From Octopus sinensis (taxonomy: Eukaryota), in assembly GCF_006345805.1 (NCBI RefSeq), contig NC_042997.1:209436001-209500000 (forward strand): a DNA stretch of 64,000 bases, written 5' to 3'. Below the pieces are notes generated by a model, which was given only the letters and a program-made list of their open reading frames with translations, did no database searches and was not told where the DNA came from. Of the stretch, positions 1 to 12,367 are shown one piece after another. Numbering within the stretch: the first letter of the stretch is position 1; the number at the start of each line of letters is the position of its first letter. Made by a program: the position numbers and the translations under genes.

Positions 1-608
1 CTTCATCGGGTGTCTTGGGGTTCTCATTCCTAAGGTATTTTTCGATTTTGTTATTATTATTATTGAGTGAGAGAGCAGTGCAAGCCATCAAAGTGACACT
101 GGAGTAAAATATACAAAGCCCAGTATACCCATCATGACTACCCATCTGATAAGGGTACACTAGGCACATGCATCACGACCAAATGTGCACGACATGGTGA
201 TCTCATATCAAGATAAACAGTGCATGACCTTGCAGGTGGAGCCCAGTTAGAATTTTGTTCTGGTCGAGTAACCCATCCCACTCAAAAGATCCCTGAATAA
301 GAGTTGTTTAAGGACGTTAAACAAAACACCCCTGTTTCCAAAGGTGAATTATTCAAACCCCAAAGAATCCCTCTCAACACATGGCCATGATGCTCCCCCA
401 CTACTTCTGCTCGTGATCAGAGATGCACATATCGTCAGCCACTAAGGGACATGCTCAACTGGTTAAGGTCAAACAACTGACAAGCAAATCTGTGGTATTG
501 AGCAGAATATTTGCTGTAGCCCACCTTTTATACCAAGACAAAACAATGTACATGATAACACTTCCAATCAGAAGCCATGAGAGCCACTGCCTGGTACTGC
601 ATCAGGGC

Positions 609-659
<51 letters not shown>

Positions 660-945
660 TATTATTATCATTCAGGTCACTACCTGGAATTGAACTCGGA
701 ATCTTGGGGTTAACAGCATGTGCTCTTAACCACTATACCATATGCCCGTAAGCATATGTTAATAACAACATCAAAAAATACCTTCGGAATGAGAACCCAG
801 GTTTGAAATTTCCCCAAGACACCTGATGAAGGCTGTAGGATATATCAGCTGAAACGTTAACAACAAACAAGATGAGGACAAATATCCATCAAATGTAAAT
901 AATGTAAATAATGTACATAATTATTCATCTCTTAAATATAGAACT
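1..945. mobile_element. Interrupted inverted cassette of the same family: left arm remnant 1-63, another repeat at about 66-610, minus-strand head 669-745, plus-strand tail 760-945
   Basis: gacacctgatgaaggctg..cagctgaaacgtt at 818-858; reverse copy cttcatcgggtgtcttgggg at 1-20. Confidence 0.6.
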
Positions 946-1842
946 GAATCCACTCCCAGGGCTTTGGTTGGCCTGACTCTGTAGTGGAGAATATTTGCAC
1001 AAGGTGCCATGCAATGGTATTGAACCCGAACCATGTGGTTGGGAAGCAAGATTTTTATATATTGTGCCGTTGGCATGTAAAAGCATCTTGGTGGCATGTA
1101 AAAGCACCCATGACACTCTTGGAGTGATTGGAGTTAGGAAAACCACGACATATCAGACTGGAGTCTGGTGCAGCCTTCCAGCCTTGCCAGCCCAGTCAAA
1201 CCGTCGACCCCATGCCAGCATGGACAATGGATGTTAACTGATGATCATCACGATCATTATCCCCACAATCATCATCCCCATTCAACATCCGTTTTCCATG
1301 CTGGCATGGGTTGGATGGTTTCACGGGAGCCCCCAAGTTAGAGAGCTGCACCAGGCTCCAGATGTCTGTTTTATACTCTCTCTCTCTCTTACACACATAC
1401 ACACACACACTCACACACGCAAACACACTCACACACACACTCACAAACACACACACACACTCACAAACACACACACACACACACGACAAGCTTCCAAGAG
1501 TTTCTGTTTACTTAAAAGGAATCGGTTGACCCAGGATCAGAGTAAGAGACCCTTGTCCAAGGCTCTGTCAAGTGGGATAGAACTCAGAACAATAAGATCG
1601 TGAGTCAGATTTATTAACTGCACAGCCAGGCACCACATAAAGTCCATCGCATACACTACAAGGCAGATAATATAATGAAGACTACTTAAAGTTTTAATTA
1701 AGCACAATCAAGATAAACAGACTAAATTAAGTGAGATAATATTCAAAGAGGAAATTTAGATAAAAAAATATTTTGTTTTGCAATTCTAGAAATATGAAAA
1801 AATGAAAAAAATAAAATATGAAGTAAGATTGGACAAAGTTAC

Positions 1843-1901
1843 CTTGGGACATTTTCTTGTAAGTTTAGAGGAAGAATTCTGAGGTTCCACACAGTATTAT
1901 T
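1843..1901 (-). CDS. MTHFD1: MTHFD1 coding exon 10 (NNTVWNLRILPLNLQENVP), linker into the synthetase domain
   Basis: taccag|AAT...CCA AG|gtaact; 59 nt, phase 0 to 2; resembles the WMIQYNNLNLKTPVPS linker of human MTHFD1. Confidence 0.87.
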
Positions 1902-1904
1902 CTG

Positions 1905-2066
1905 GTATAATAATAATAATAATAATGATGATGATGATGATGATGATAACAACAACAACAATGACAATAACAACAACAACAATAATAATAAAAATAATAA
2001 TGATGATCATCATCATCATTTAACGTCTGTTTTCCGTGCTAGCACAGGTTGGACCTAGTACGGGTG

Positions 2067-2100
<34 letters not shown>

Positions 2101-2119
2101 TATTGATGATAATAATAAT

Positions 2120-2163
<44 letters not shown>

Positions 2164-2301
2164 TGATGATGATGATGATGATAACAACAACAACAATGAC
2201 AATAACAACAACAACAATAATAATAAAAATAATAATGATCATCATCATCATCATTTAACGTCCGTTTTCCGTGCTAGCACAGGTTGGACCTAGTACGGGT
2301 G

Positions 2302-2332
<31 letters not shown>

Positions 2333-2351
2333 TATTGATGATAATAATAAT

Positions 2352-2398
<47 letters not shown>

Positions 2399-2440
2399 TG
2401 ATGATGATGATGATGATAACAACAACAACAACAATAATGG
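1905..2440. repeat. Compound (AAT)n(GAT)n(AAC)n microsatellite in a tandem duplication of about 235 bp
   Basis: tttaacgtc(t/c)gttttccgtgctagcacaggttggacctagtacgggtgataat at about 2019 and about 2254. Confidence 0.9.
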
Positions 2441-2679
2441 TTTCAAATTTTGTGTCAAGGGCAGCAATTTTGGAGGAGGGGATGGGTCGATTAAATTGAC
2501 CCCAGTGTTCAACTGGTACTTATTTAATTGACCTCGAAAGGATGAAAGGCAAAGTCGACCTTGGCAGAATTTGAACTCACTAATACCACTAAGCATTTCG
2601 TTCAGCACACTGACGATTCTGCCAGTTTACTGCCTTTTATAATAGTAAAAATAATAATAATAATTAATAATATGGAGCA

Positions 2680-3565
2680 GGGGTAATCGCATGGAGAGTA
2701 GATGAACTAAACAGCTTAGACAGAAAGACAAGGAAGTTGACACAGATAGATTGTATGTACCAAGAAAAAGAGGGGGAAGAGGACTTATTGGATGCGAACA
2801 CAGCATTAGACCAAAAGAAAACAACATAGCATGGTATGTAAAAAATGCCACAGAACCACTATTATTAGAGGTAGGAAGGTCGGGCTTAAGTAAGATGAAA
2901 GATTGCAAAAATAAAGCACTATACAAGAATTTGAAAACGAAAGAAACTGAAAATAGGTAAAGAAAAGAATGCATGGACAATTTGAAGATAAGACAGACAG
3001 AGAAAAAAGATGGCTGTGGATGATTAAAAGGGATTTAAAACCGGAAATGGAGGCTGTAATATGTGCTGCCCAAGAGCAAGCACTAAGAACAAACTACATA
3101 AAATACAGAATAGACAATGCAGCAGAAAGTGATAAGTGCAGAATCTGTGGACAAAACGGTGTAACCGATGGCATATTACCAGCCAATGTACGCCACAAGC
3201 CCAGAAGGAATATCAGAGACGCCACGACAATATAGCCAGGCTTGTCCATTGGACACTTTGCTACAAGGATGGACTTGACAGAGAAAAATTGGTACGATCA
3301 CAAACCTGAAGACATCGTCGAAGTTAGAAATGCAAAGATCCTGTGGGATTTTATGATTCAGTGCAACTATGAGATAGGAAACCGGATATAGTCTAAATTG
3401 AGAAAGAAAACAAACTATGCTGGATCATAGACATAGCATGCCCAGCTGACCACAAGGTGTGCGATAAGGAAGAAAGAAAGGTCGAGAGATATGACAGGTT
3501 AGCTTGGGAAGTTAAGCAGTTGTGGTCGATGAAAAAGGTAGCAGTAGTACCAATAATTGTCAAAC
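2680..3565 (+). mobile_element. Decayed non-LTR retrotransposon with a restriction-like endonuclease (R4/Dong-like), 3' ORF fragment
   Basis: RKRGGRGL, MHGQF, AAQEQALRTN, CRICGQ..H..C zinc knuckle, KILWDFMIQ, KPDIV..IIDIACP; starts next to (TAA)n. Confidence 0.8.
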
Positions 3566-4825
3566 CATCCAACCCATGCTGGCATGGGTTGGACGGTTTG
3601 ACTGAGGACTGGTGACCCAGATGGCTGCACCAGTCTCCAATCTGATCTGGCAAAGTTTCTACAGCTGGATGCCCTTCCTAATACCAACCACTCCAAGAGT
3701 GTAGTGGGGGATTTTTATGTGACACTGGCACAAGGGCCAGTCAGGCAGCATTGGCAACAATCACACTCGAATGGTGCTTTTAACATGCCACAGGCATGGG
3801 TGTCAATCAGGCAGTACTGTCATCAGCCACAACGATTTCACTTGCCTCAACAGGTCTTCGCAGGTGCAGTTTATTGCCCAATGATTGAAGGATACTCTTA
3901 AATGGGCTGGTTATGCTGCACTGGCATAGGCCACGATTACGGTCTCACTTGGCTTGATGGGTCTTCTTAAGCACAAACCTATCTCCAAAAGTCTCAGTCA
4001 CTTGTCATTGCCTCGGTGAGGCTCAACGTTTCAAGTCGTGCTTCACCACCTCATCCCAGGTCTTCCTGGGTCTACCACTTCCACATATTCCCTCCACTAT
4101 TAGGGTTTGACACTTTTTCACACAGCTGTCCTCATCCATACACACCACTTGACCATACCAGTAGAGTTGCCTCTCTTGCACACCACATCTGATGCTTCTT
4201 AAGTCCAGCTTTTCTCCCAAGGTACTTACACTCTGTCGTGTATACACTGATGTTACACATCCAGCAGAGCATACTGGCTTCATTCCTTGCAAGCTTATGC
4301 ATATCCTCAGCAGTCATGGTCCATGTTTCACTACCATGGCTGTTTGCACACATGTGTCATACAGTCTACCTTTTACTCTGAGCGAGAGGCCCTTTGTCGC
4401 CAGCAGAGGTAAGAGCTCTCTGAACTTTGCCCAGGCTATTCTTATTCTAGCAGCTACACTCTCAGAGCATCTACCCCTGCTACTGACTTGGTCACCTAAG
4501 TAATGGAAGTTATCAACTACTTCTAGTTTTTCTCCCTGGAATGTGACGAAAGCTGTTTTCTGCCCATTTTTAGTGTTTATTGCTCCTGGGCATTTTCCAC
4601 ACACAAAAGCTATCTTCCCAGTTAGCCTTCCTTTGATGGTGCTGCACCTCTTATGTGTCCATAGCTTACATTGGGTACATCTTATTGAGTTTCTACTCAC
4701 GCCTTTTCTACAGATTGAGCAGGGCCATTTACCTGAAGGGATTTGTGATTTGTCTGCCTTCCCACATATTAGGACTTTGGTTTTTGCTGGATTGATTCTA
4801 AGGCCCTTCGACTCTAGTCCTTACT
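3566..4825 (-). mobile_element. Older RTE LINE 3' fragment of the same family as 38125-40757
   Basis: ORF-track peptides 4314..4700, 4132..4353 and 4023..4292 align to the 38160 ORF C-terminus (CTQCKLWTHKRC, FHYLGD, GRPRKTW), with frameshifts; the 3' UTR interrupts an RLE-LINE fragment. Confidence 0.85.
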
Positions 4826-5524
4826 TCCACACACACACATATATATATATATACACACATACATACACAGTAATGTAAGGTGCAACAATTTTTATTATAT
4901 AAAAGTTGTAATCTTTCACCAAACTGCTTAAAGTTTAAATTCTTTTACAATTCTGCATCAAGTAATCACCAATGTCATTGAGCATAAAAAGAATTTCCCT
5001 TCATCCTTCACTGTCGTAAATGAAGTTGACAATGACAAAAATTGATGGAGAAGACAACGTAGTCAAGACCGAAGATAAGGAAACTCCGGCTGACGACGGA
5101 TTTGAGGTTGACGTTGAAGAGATCAAGGTTCAATGATAACGAATTCAAGGGGCGACAACCTTGTACATACATTTTGTCCTGTCTGTCTTTCTTTATTACC
5201 AAATAAGGGACATAACTATTACATTTATTTTTTTTAAGAAGACGAGGAAGAATTTGGGAAAGATTTTTGAAGGAGTGTCCCTTCCTTGTGGATTGAGCAA
5301 CAACCATCTAGAGCAGTACTTCTTTAACCATTTTATTTTTCGTAGTGTCCTACCATCTTTTTAATTTGTTGTTATGCTTAGCTTCCATCGATGTGGCGAG
5401 TGAGGTACCACAAATACGGTGGATGAGGATAATTTATAAACTTTACTCTAAAAAATGGATTGTATAAGCTTTTAACAGTGAAATGATAAAAAAGAAATTT
5501 ATAAGACAAGACTTGTAAATTTAC

Positions 5525-5925
5525 AGGCGCAGGAGTGGCTGTGTGGTAAGTAGCTTGCTTCCCAACTACATGGTTCCGGGTTCAGTCCCACTGCGTAAAG
5601 TGTCTTTTATCATAGCCTCGGGCCGACCAAAGCCTTGTGAGTAGATTTGGTAGACGGAAACTGAAAGAAGCCTGTTGTATATATGTATATATATATATAT
5701 GTGTGTGTATATGCTTGTGTGTCTGTGTTTGTCCTCCCACCATCGCTTGACAACCGATGCTGGTGTGTTTACGTCCCCGTAACTTAGCGGTTCGGCAAAA
5801 AGAGACCGATTCAATAAGTACTAGGCTTACAAAGAATAAGTCCTGGAGTCAATTTGCTTGACTATAGGTGGTGCTCCAGCATGGCCACAGTCAAATGACT
5901 GAAACAAGTAAAAGAATAAAAGAAA
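5525..5925 (+). mobile_element. SINE family B (tRNA-like head, ccttgggcaag core, internal microsatellite, (A)3GA(A/G)T tail). Other copies approximately: 25805-26130, 28975-29380, 33725-34160, 40965-41545, 49385-49620, 52620-52880, 56787-57150, 61295-61715, plus fragments
   Basis: Recurrent ggagtggctgtgtggtaag..gggttcagtcccact..gccttgtgagtggatttggtagacggaaactgaaagaagc..gaataagtactaggcttacaaagaataagtcc. Confidence 0.8.
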
Positions 5926-6482
5926 TTGTTTGTAATTAATCATGCATTATCTTATAGCTTTGAGATGTCTGTGATGTGATTGTTTATTCATAGAATGACA
6001 TTGTAGGGTAGGTGTGAAAGGCTGGATCTGGCTGGACTGAACATAAAACAGGTGGAATATTTGGGCGTGTTTGACCGTCAAATGGCCAAAACATTTGAAT
6101 GTCAAATGGTCAAAACAGGTGCAGGCATGGCTACATGGTTGAAAAGCTTCCTTTCCAATCACACAGTTCTGGGTTCTGTTTTATTGCACAACACCTTGAG
6201 CAAGTATCTTCTATTATAGCCCTGGGCCAACTGACTGAGGCACCAGTCGTAAAATAATGTCTCAATAACATAATAGTTTATAGGAAAAACAGACATAAAA
6301 ATGAAAGGAAAAAGAAAGGACCAGAAATAAGAGGAATTCCTTGTTGTACCAAGTGGTTTATAAAAGACCAAGGTGAACGAAACTCAAACAGAACCAAACT
6401 GAGATTGAACTAACTTTCTGCCTTACTGAAACATGTAACTAATCCTACATAGTTGATGGTATTGTTCAGAGTCTTCACTAAC

Positions 6483-6643
6483 CTGGGATAAAGACAGCTT
6501 CTTAGCAGCATTGACAGTATTCTTAAGAAGCATGGCAACAGCAGTAGGGCCGACACCCCCAGGAACTGGTGTAATCCATGATGCAACTGTCTGAGCTTCT
6601 TCGAAACAGACGTCGCCAACAAGATGATCTTTCTTGTTACTAT
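6483..6643 (-). CDS. MTHFD1: MTHFD1 coding exon 9 ([53 protein letters not shown])
   Basis: tttcag|AT AGT...TCC CAG|gttagt; 161 nt; VGDV and [10 protein letters not shown] signatures. Confidence 0.94.
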
Positions 6644-7214
6644 CTGAAATAGAAATTGAAAAGAAAAAAAGAAAAAAGGTATGATAAATATCATTTCACC
6701 TGTCTCATGAAGAGTGTAACCTCTGATAAGCAAACTTTTGGAACAGCTTTCACTGCCTCACAAAGAAGAAAAATGGTCAAGGAATTGGGTGCTTGTTTCC
6801 TTCTGTGAAAGAATTCTTTTGTCTAAAAGATATTTTTATATTTTTGCACACCACTGGTGTGCCGCCATGTAAAAAAGCACCTGTGCTGATGCCGTGTAAT
6901 TAGTACCTTTGCTGAAGACATAAAAATTCACACCTGAGCTGGTGTTATGTATAAAGCACCCAGTACACTCTGTATAGTGGTTGGCGTTAGGAAAGACATC
7001 CATTTGTAGAAACCTTGTTAAAGCAGACAATGGAGTTTGGTGCAGTTCTTAGCCTTACAAGCTCCTGTCCAAGCGAACAACCCATGCCAGCATGGAAAGC
7101 AAATGTTAAGTGATGATGATGATGATGATTTTCTTTGATTCACAAAAACCAGGATTTAACAGGTCTGTAGGTTCAAAGCAGATTTCAATTTCATATGTAT
7201 GTCATCATCATCCT

Positions 7215-7790
7215 TTTGCATCACCGGTCTGGAACCCCTATCTTGCCCAGGACATCAATCGTCTGGAAGCTGTTCAGCGACGTGCAACCAAAAGAATACC
7301 CTCCATCAGGCATTTGCCATATCCTGAACGCCTTACTTCCCTGGGCATGGACACATTGAAACTCCGACGTCTGGCAGCTGACTTGGCAGACACCCATAAA
7401 ATTATTCACCATCTTACAAACAATAACTCTGAGCACCTTTTCAAACTCCACCCATCTAACACCCGTGGATATATTTACAAAGTAAGAAAACAGCACAGCT
7501 CCCATGACTTCAGGAAACATTTTTTCACGCTGAGAGTTGCTGAAGCGTGGAACAAACTGCCGGCATCGGTTGTTAGTTGTCGGAGCACTGCATCCTTCAA
7601 AACTTCCATGCTTCCTGAGATTCGCCAACACTACACTTGATTTTCTCCCCTCCATACGCACACAAGCATGTTCACTTTCCAGACATTTCTACATTACTGC
7701 ATGTACTTTATATGCACTTTCTGACAAGTTGTGGTGCACCTGAGCACTGTATACAATAATTTCATTATTATCTTATTTTTATTATTATCC
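7215..7790 (+). mobile_element. CR1-clade LINE 3' fragment
   Basis: SPVWNPYL..DINRLEAVQRRATK, Y.ERL..L, RRL..DL, FFTLRVAEAWNKLP; 3' UTR ending in (ATT)n. Confidence 0.88.
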
Positions 7791-8222
7791 ATTCTTCCAT
7801 GATTTGTATTATATCTCCTCCATTCTTCTTTACAATGTCTTGGTTATATATTCTGTATCTTGTATGAACTCCAATGAAACAAAATCAGGATTTATCTGTC
7901 AAGTGGAAATACCATTTAATTGTTTATCTTAAGCAATTCCTTTGGTTCCCTATCATTCGATGTGGTTAGCCATATCTGGATTATATCAGAGTGCTAATAA
8001 GGCACTTGTCCGGATTCCAAATTCATATTCCTTTTACATTACACACACACATTCTGATGAAGATGGCAAAGGCACCATTCAACTCAAAGCTATTGTACGT
8101 CACCCATAGCACCATGCAGTCGGACTGAGACCAGAACCACATGGTTGATAAATACAGTTCTTATACACACACAGCTATGCCAGAAGAAAGTAAATATCTT
8201 TAACGAAAGAAGATGGACTTAC

Positions 8223-8334
8223 CGAGAACAGAATTGGTACCACAATCTATGACAATGGCACCAGGCTTTATCCAATCCCCTGGCACCATTTGGGACTTTC
8301 CAACATTAACCACAAAAATATCGGCGGTTTTTGT
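8223..8334 (-). CDS. MTHFD1: MTHFD1 coding exon 8 ([37 protein letters not shown])
   Basis: ctctgcag|ACA...CTC G|gtaagt; 112 nt; [12 protein letters not shown] signature. Confidence 0.96.
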
Positions 8335-8634
8335 CTGCAGAGAAAGAAAATGATATTTTTAAGAAATGGGATCATGTTAAAACATTCTGTTATGGTACAG
8401 TTATCAGTTTTATCAAATAGAATGATTTTATTCCCTTGGTTGATATGATGAGATATCATCATTCTTGGAATTGCTAAAAATAGCAGTTAAATAGCTCTCA
8501 AATCACACCCTACTGTCTTAAAGGGAAGCAGGCGTTACATGAAATTTCTAAAATCTCGTAATTTTTATTCTCTCTCTCTCACACACACTATTATACATAC
8601 ACACACAGATTACATACATGTGTGTATGTATATA

Positions 8635-9125
8635 TATCATCATCGTTTAATGTCCATTTTCCAAGCTGGCATGGGTTGGATGGTTTGACCGGTGCTGACA
8701 AGGATGGGAGCTGCACCAGGTTCCAACTGTCTGTTTTGGTATGGCTTCTACGGCTGGATGCTCTTCCTAACCCCAACCAATTTAGAGAATGTTCTGGGTG
8801 CTTTTTATATGGCACCGTCACTTGTGCTTTTTATGCGGCACCAGCACCAATATTTTTTTATGTGACACCATCATAGAATCACCACCTGAACATGGCCAAT
8901 TCTAGTACCCCTGACTGGCCCCTGTGCCAGTGGCACATAAAAAGCACCCACTACACTCTCAGAGTGGTTGGCATTAGGATGGGCATCCAGCTGTAGAAAT
9001 ATTGACAGATCAGACCGGAGCCTGGTTCAGCTGCTGGCTCTCCAGACCTCAGTCAAACCATCCAACCCATGCCAGCATGGAAAACGGACATTAAACAATG
9101 ATGATGATGATGATGATGATGATCA
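8635..9125. mobile_element. Inverted pair of (GAT)n-tailed RTE 3' end fragments in intron 7. Other copies of the family, approximately: 1075, 1270, 6840, 11140, 14500, 20440, 22985, 23395, 30595, 41210, 41700, 43925, 44670, 49045, 56400, 57320, 59720, 63540
   Basis: All share aagggcatccagctgtagaaac...ccaacccatgc(t/c)agcatggaaa..ggacgttaaacgatgatg with the 3' end of the LINE at 40590-40757. Confidence 0.8.
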
Positions 9126-9268
9126 CTGACAATATATGTCTCTGACTTGCAGCTCCCCTCATACACACACACACACACACACAACCATACCACTGTTGCA
9201 TACCATCCTCTATTCTAATCCATCTCCCTCATCACCATTCTATAAGAAACACATTTAGCATATCTTAC

Positions 9269-9405
9269 CAGTTGTTGGAGATTCTGCATGTCAGGGTGAC
9301 ACACAGTGACCATAGCATTGTTACAGGCAAGTATACTGGCTATTGGTGTGGTGGTCAGTTTATTATGACCCAGTACAACAGCAGTTTTACCCTGGATGGA
9401 CACAC
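9269..9405 (-). CDS. MTHFD1: MTHFD1 coding exon 7 (VSIQGKTAVVLGHNKLTTTPIASILACNNAMVTVCHPDMQNLQQL)
   Basis: tttttccccag|GT GTG...CTG|gtaaga; 137 nt; start of the Rossmann fold. Confidence 0.94.
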
Positions 9406-10014
9406 CTGGGGAAAAAGTGAAACTGAAAATTAGAACCCAGATGAATATTTGTATTAGATGTGGTTGAGGAGCTTGTTTCTCGACCATGTGGCCCCTAGTT
9501 CAGTCCCTCTGCACAGAACCCAGGACAAGTGTCTTCTACTATAGCCTTGGGCTGACCAAAGCCATGCGAGTCGATTTGGTAAATGGAAACTGAGAGAAGG
9601 GGCCAAGGTAGAACAGGTGTCTTTCTGTAAAGGGGCCACATGACTAATCACTAATCACAATAATGGATGGGGGGAGTGATCAGGATAAAGGTGAACAGAA
9701 GCAAATGGGGACAGAAGAACCAGGAATGTGGTTCTTCTAGAGGGGTTCCAAGAGTATCTGGGAAAGTGAGAAATGAGGAGTGGGTGAGGGGAGGGAGGTA
9801 AGCAACAGCTGTAAAGATTGGGTTGGGTTGAAGGGTGGCTAAGGGGTGAGGGATGACCAATGAGTCATAAGTTGGGGGAGATATCCCCTCATAAGGCTTC
9901 GGTCAGTCGAGGGCTGTATTAGAAGACACCTGCTTAATCTACTGAGCAGTGGGACTGAACCTAAAACCATGCGCTTGGGAAGCAAACTTCTTAGTCACAA
10001 ATGCATATATGAGG

Positions 10015-10200
10015 GTGTGCTGAAAAGTTCCTGGCTTTAAGGGTATTGCAAAAGGCCTGGTGGGAGGCCCAACCTTCCACGTTCTTTTACAGGGCTTAGA
10101 AAAACTGAATGACCGCTGCAATAAGTGTGTGAATTTGAGAGGGGAATATGGTGAATAAAATCATAATTAACTGATCCTCCTGTATTTTCTTTTACTCAAA
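10015..10200 (+). mobile_element. Mariner MITE-like deletion derivative
   Basis: TIR-like ta-tgagggtgtgctgaaaagttcc; encodes the transposase tail KLNDRCNKCVNLRGEYGE*. Confidence 0.65.
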
Positions 10201-10231
10201 GCATGTATGTGTGTGTATGTATATATATATG

Positions 10232-10264
<33 letters not shown>

Positions 10265-10773
10265 AAAATCAAAGTAAGCAACAAGATATCAAGTAGTAAT
10301 GCAGTATGACTGTTTCAAGTGGCTCCATTTAATTCAACAATGCAATCATTACATCAATTTAAATGCAGTGCCATCTTCAGCTGCACAAATAAATAAATGG
10401 AATTTTAACAAGTAGGACACATTAATATAATTTTTAAAAAATATTTTAACAGAGCAAGAAGATGGAAGAAATTCATGTTGTCACTATTGTAGCTAAGTAT
10501 GTATGTATGTATGTATATATATGTATACACGCACGCACACACACACTCATGAAAGTATATTGCTTATATCTATGTCCCTGTACCCAAATTTTCCCTGATG
10601 AATCTCTCTTTCTCATATAATTTTTCTAACATCCAACACTCCATCACTCTTCTGACTATGGCACTATTCATTCTGCTGCTGTTATTAAGGGGGCAGAACT
10701 GCATATATTTCATCATCTCACCACCTCACCCCCTTCCTTTGTCGCATTCATGCTCAGTATCACTTCTACTTAC

Positions 10774-10871
10774 CTGTCCTTTGTATCAGTTCAAGAATAG
10801 CTGCAGCAGTTGATGAGATCATTACCTGTAAGTTGCCTATGCACAGGTGACCGATGTTGGTTACTGTCATT
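10774..10871 (-). CDS. MTHFD1: MTHFD1 coding exon 6 (MTVTNIGHLCIGNLQVMISSTAAAILELIQRTG)
   Basis: ccaccag|A ATG...ACA G|gtaagt; 98 nt, phase 2 to 1; the PCTP motif is replaced by SSTA. Confidence 0.9.
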
Positions 10872-12367
10872 CTGGTGGGGAAAATGAAGGGTAGATATTA
10901 ACAAGAACTGTACATGGAGCTGCGATATCATCCACTTTCTTAAATCTGTGAAAACACTAGCCGTAAACCCAACAGACAACCTCGTACATATATAAATGAA
11001 ATGACACACATGAATCATGGGGACATTATTTGGCCAACAAAAAGCATTGGTAACAATGGTGAATGGGCCTCACGGAGGCAAGGACCAAAACCTTTGGCAT
11101 TATGTCATGTTTGAGAAGAAGACCCATCAAGCTGAGCAAAATCGCAGTTGTGGCAGATACTGGTGTCATGCAAATGGCACTCGTGCCAGTGGCACGTAAA
11201 AGCACCTGTTACACTCTCAGAGTGGTTGGCGTTAGGAAGGGCATCCAGCCATAGAAAACCATGCCAAACCAGACTGGGGTCTGGTGCAACCTTCCGGCTT
11301 GCCAACCCCAGTCAAACCCAACCCATGTCAGGATGGACAATGGACGTTAAATGATGATGATGACTGGATCTGGCATGGATCTACTATACCAGTCATAAGC
11401 AATACACTGATCCCTCTAAGATTAATCACCACAAACTCCAAACAACACTTAACAGAACAGTTCATATCATAAAAGAGGTTTCACTGGAATCACAGCCAAA
11501 GATCACTTTCACATCATCATCATCATCATCCTCGTTTTCATCATCATCATCATCCTCGTCATAGTCATCATCTTCATTATTGTCATCAATGTTTTAACAT
11601 CCATTTTTCTATGCTTGCATGGGTTTGACAGAGTTTACTGAGGTAAATTTTCTATGGTTGGATGCCTTTCTTGTCACCAGTCCTCACTTGTTTGGGAGCA
11701 AGATGAGATTTCTCCACAGCTTGATCTCTTTTCGTGGAAGATTGATAATGACTGATGACATATGACCACAGCACAGTCATTTACAGCTGTTGTCTGATGG
11801 GAAGACCAGGTGACAAAAACACACACACAAGTATACCCACCCTCATGCACACAACTATACCCTCAATAGGTTTCTTTCAGTTTCCATCTGCCAAACCCAT
11901 TCACAAGGCTTTGGGCAGCCGGAGGCTATAGTAGGAGACACTTACCCAAGGTGCCACACAATGGAACTGAATCCAGAACCATGTGGTTGGGAAGCAAACT
12001 TCTTCACTAAACGGCCATTCCTGCATCTAAAACACATTTCCTAAGACTGAGAGGTTGCCTGGGCATGTGACAGACATGTCCAAGTGTGTGAGAGAAAAAT
12101 GACCATCACCAGGACTGATTAAACAACAACAACAACAATTACCTGTGTAATACTCAGTCCAGAAACACCTACAACACTCCACAACATTTCTACAACACCA
12201 CACCATACTACTACAAGACCATCCTAACAACACTGGCCCTCCTATTGAGTTAGTCCAGACGTGTACAGCACTGCATGGTCGGAACCCTTTGATCAGCGAT
12301 CTGTTTAACCGAGACTGACCCAAAGCTAAACCCCAACAAAAGCAAGAGCAACAGTCTCCATACTCAC

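Noticed and set aside
6410-6733. ORF-track entries overlapping exons (6410..6733, 10791..11018, 9215..9487, 24347..24556) as independent genes
   Set aside because: The first two are wrong-frame readings across exons 9 and 6; the last two are exons 7 and 2 extended into intron sequence.
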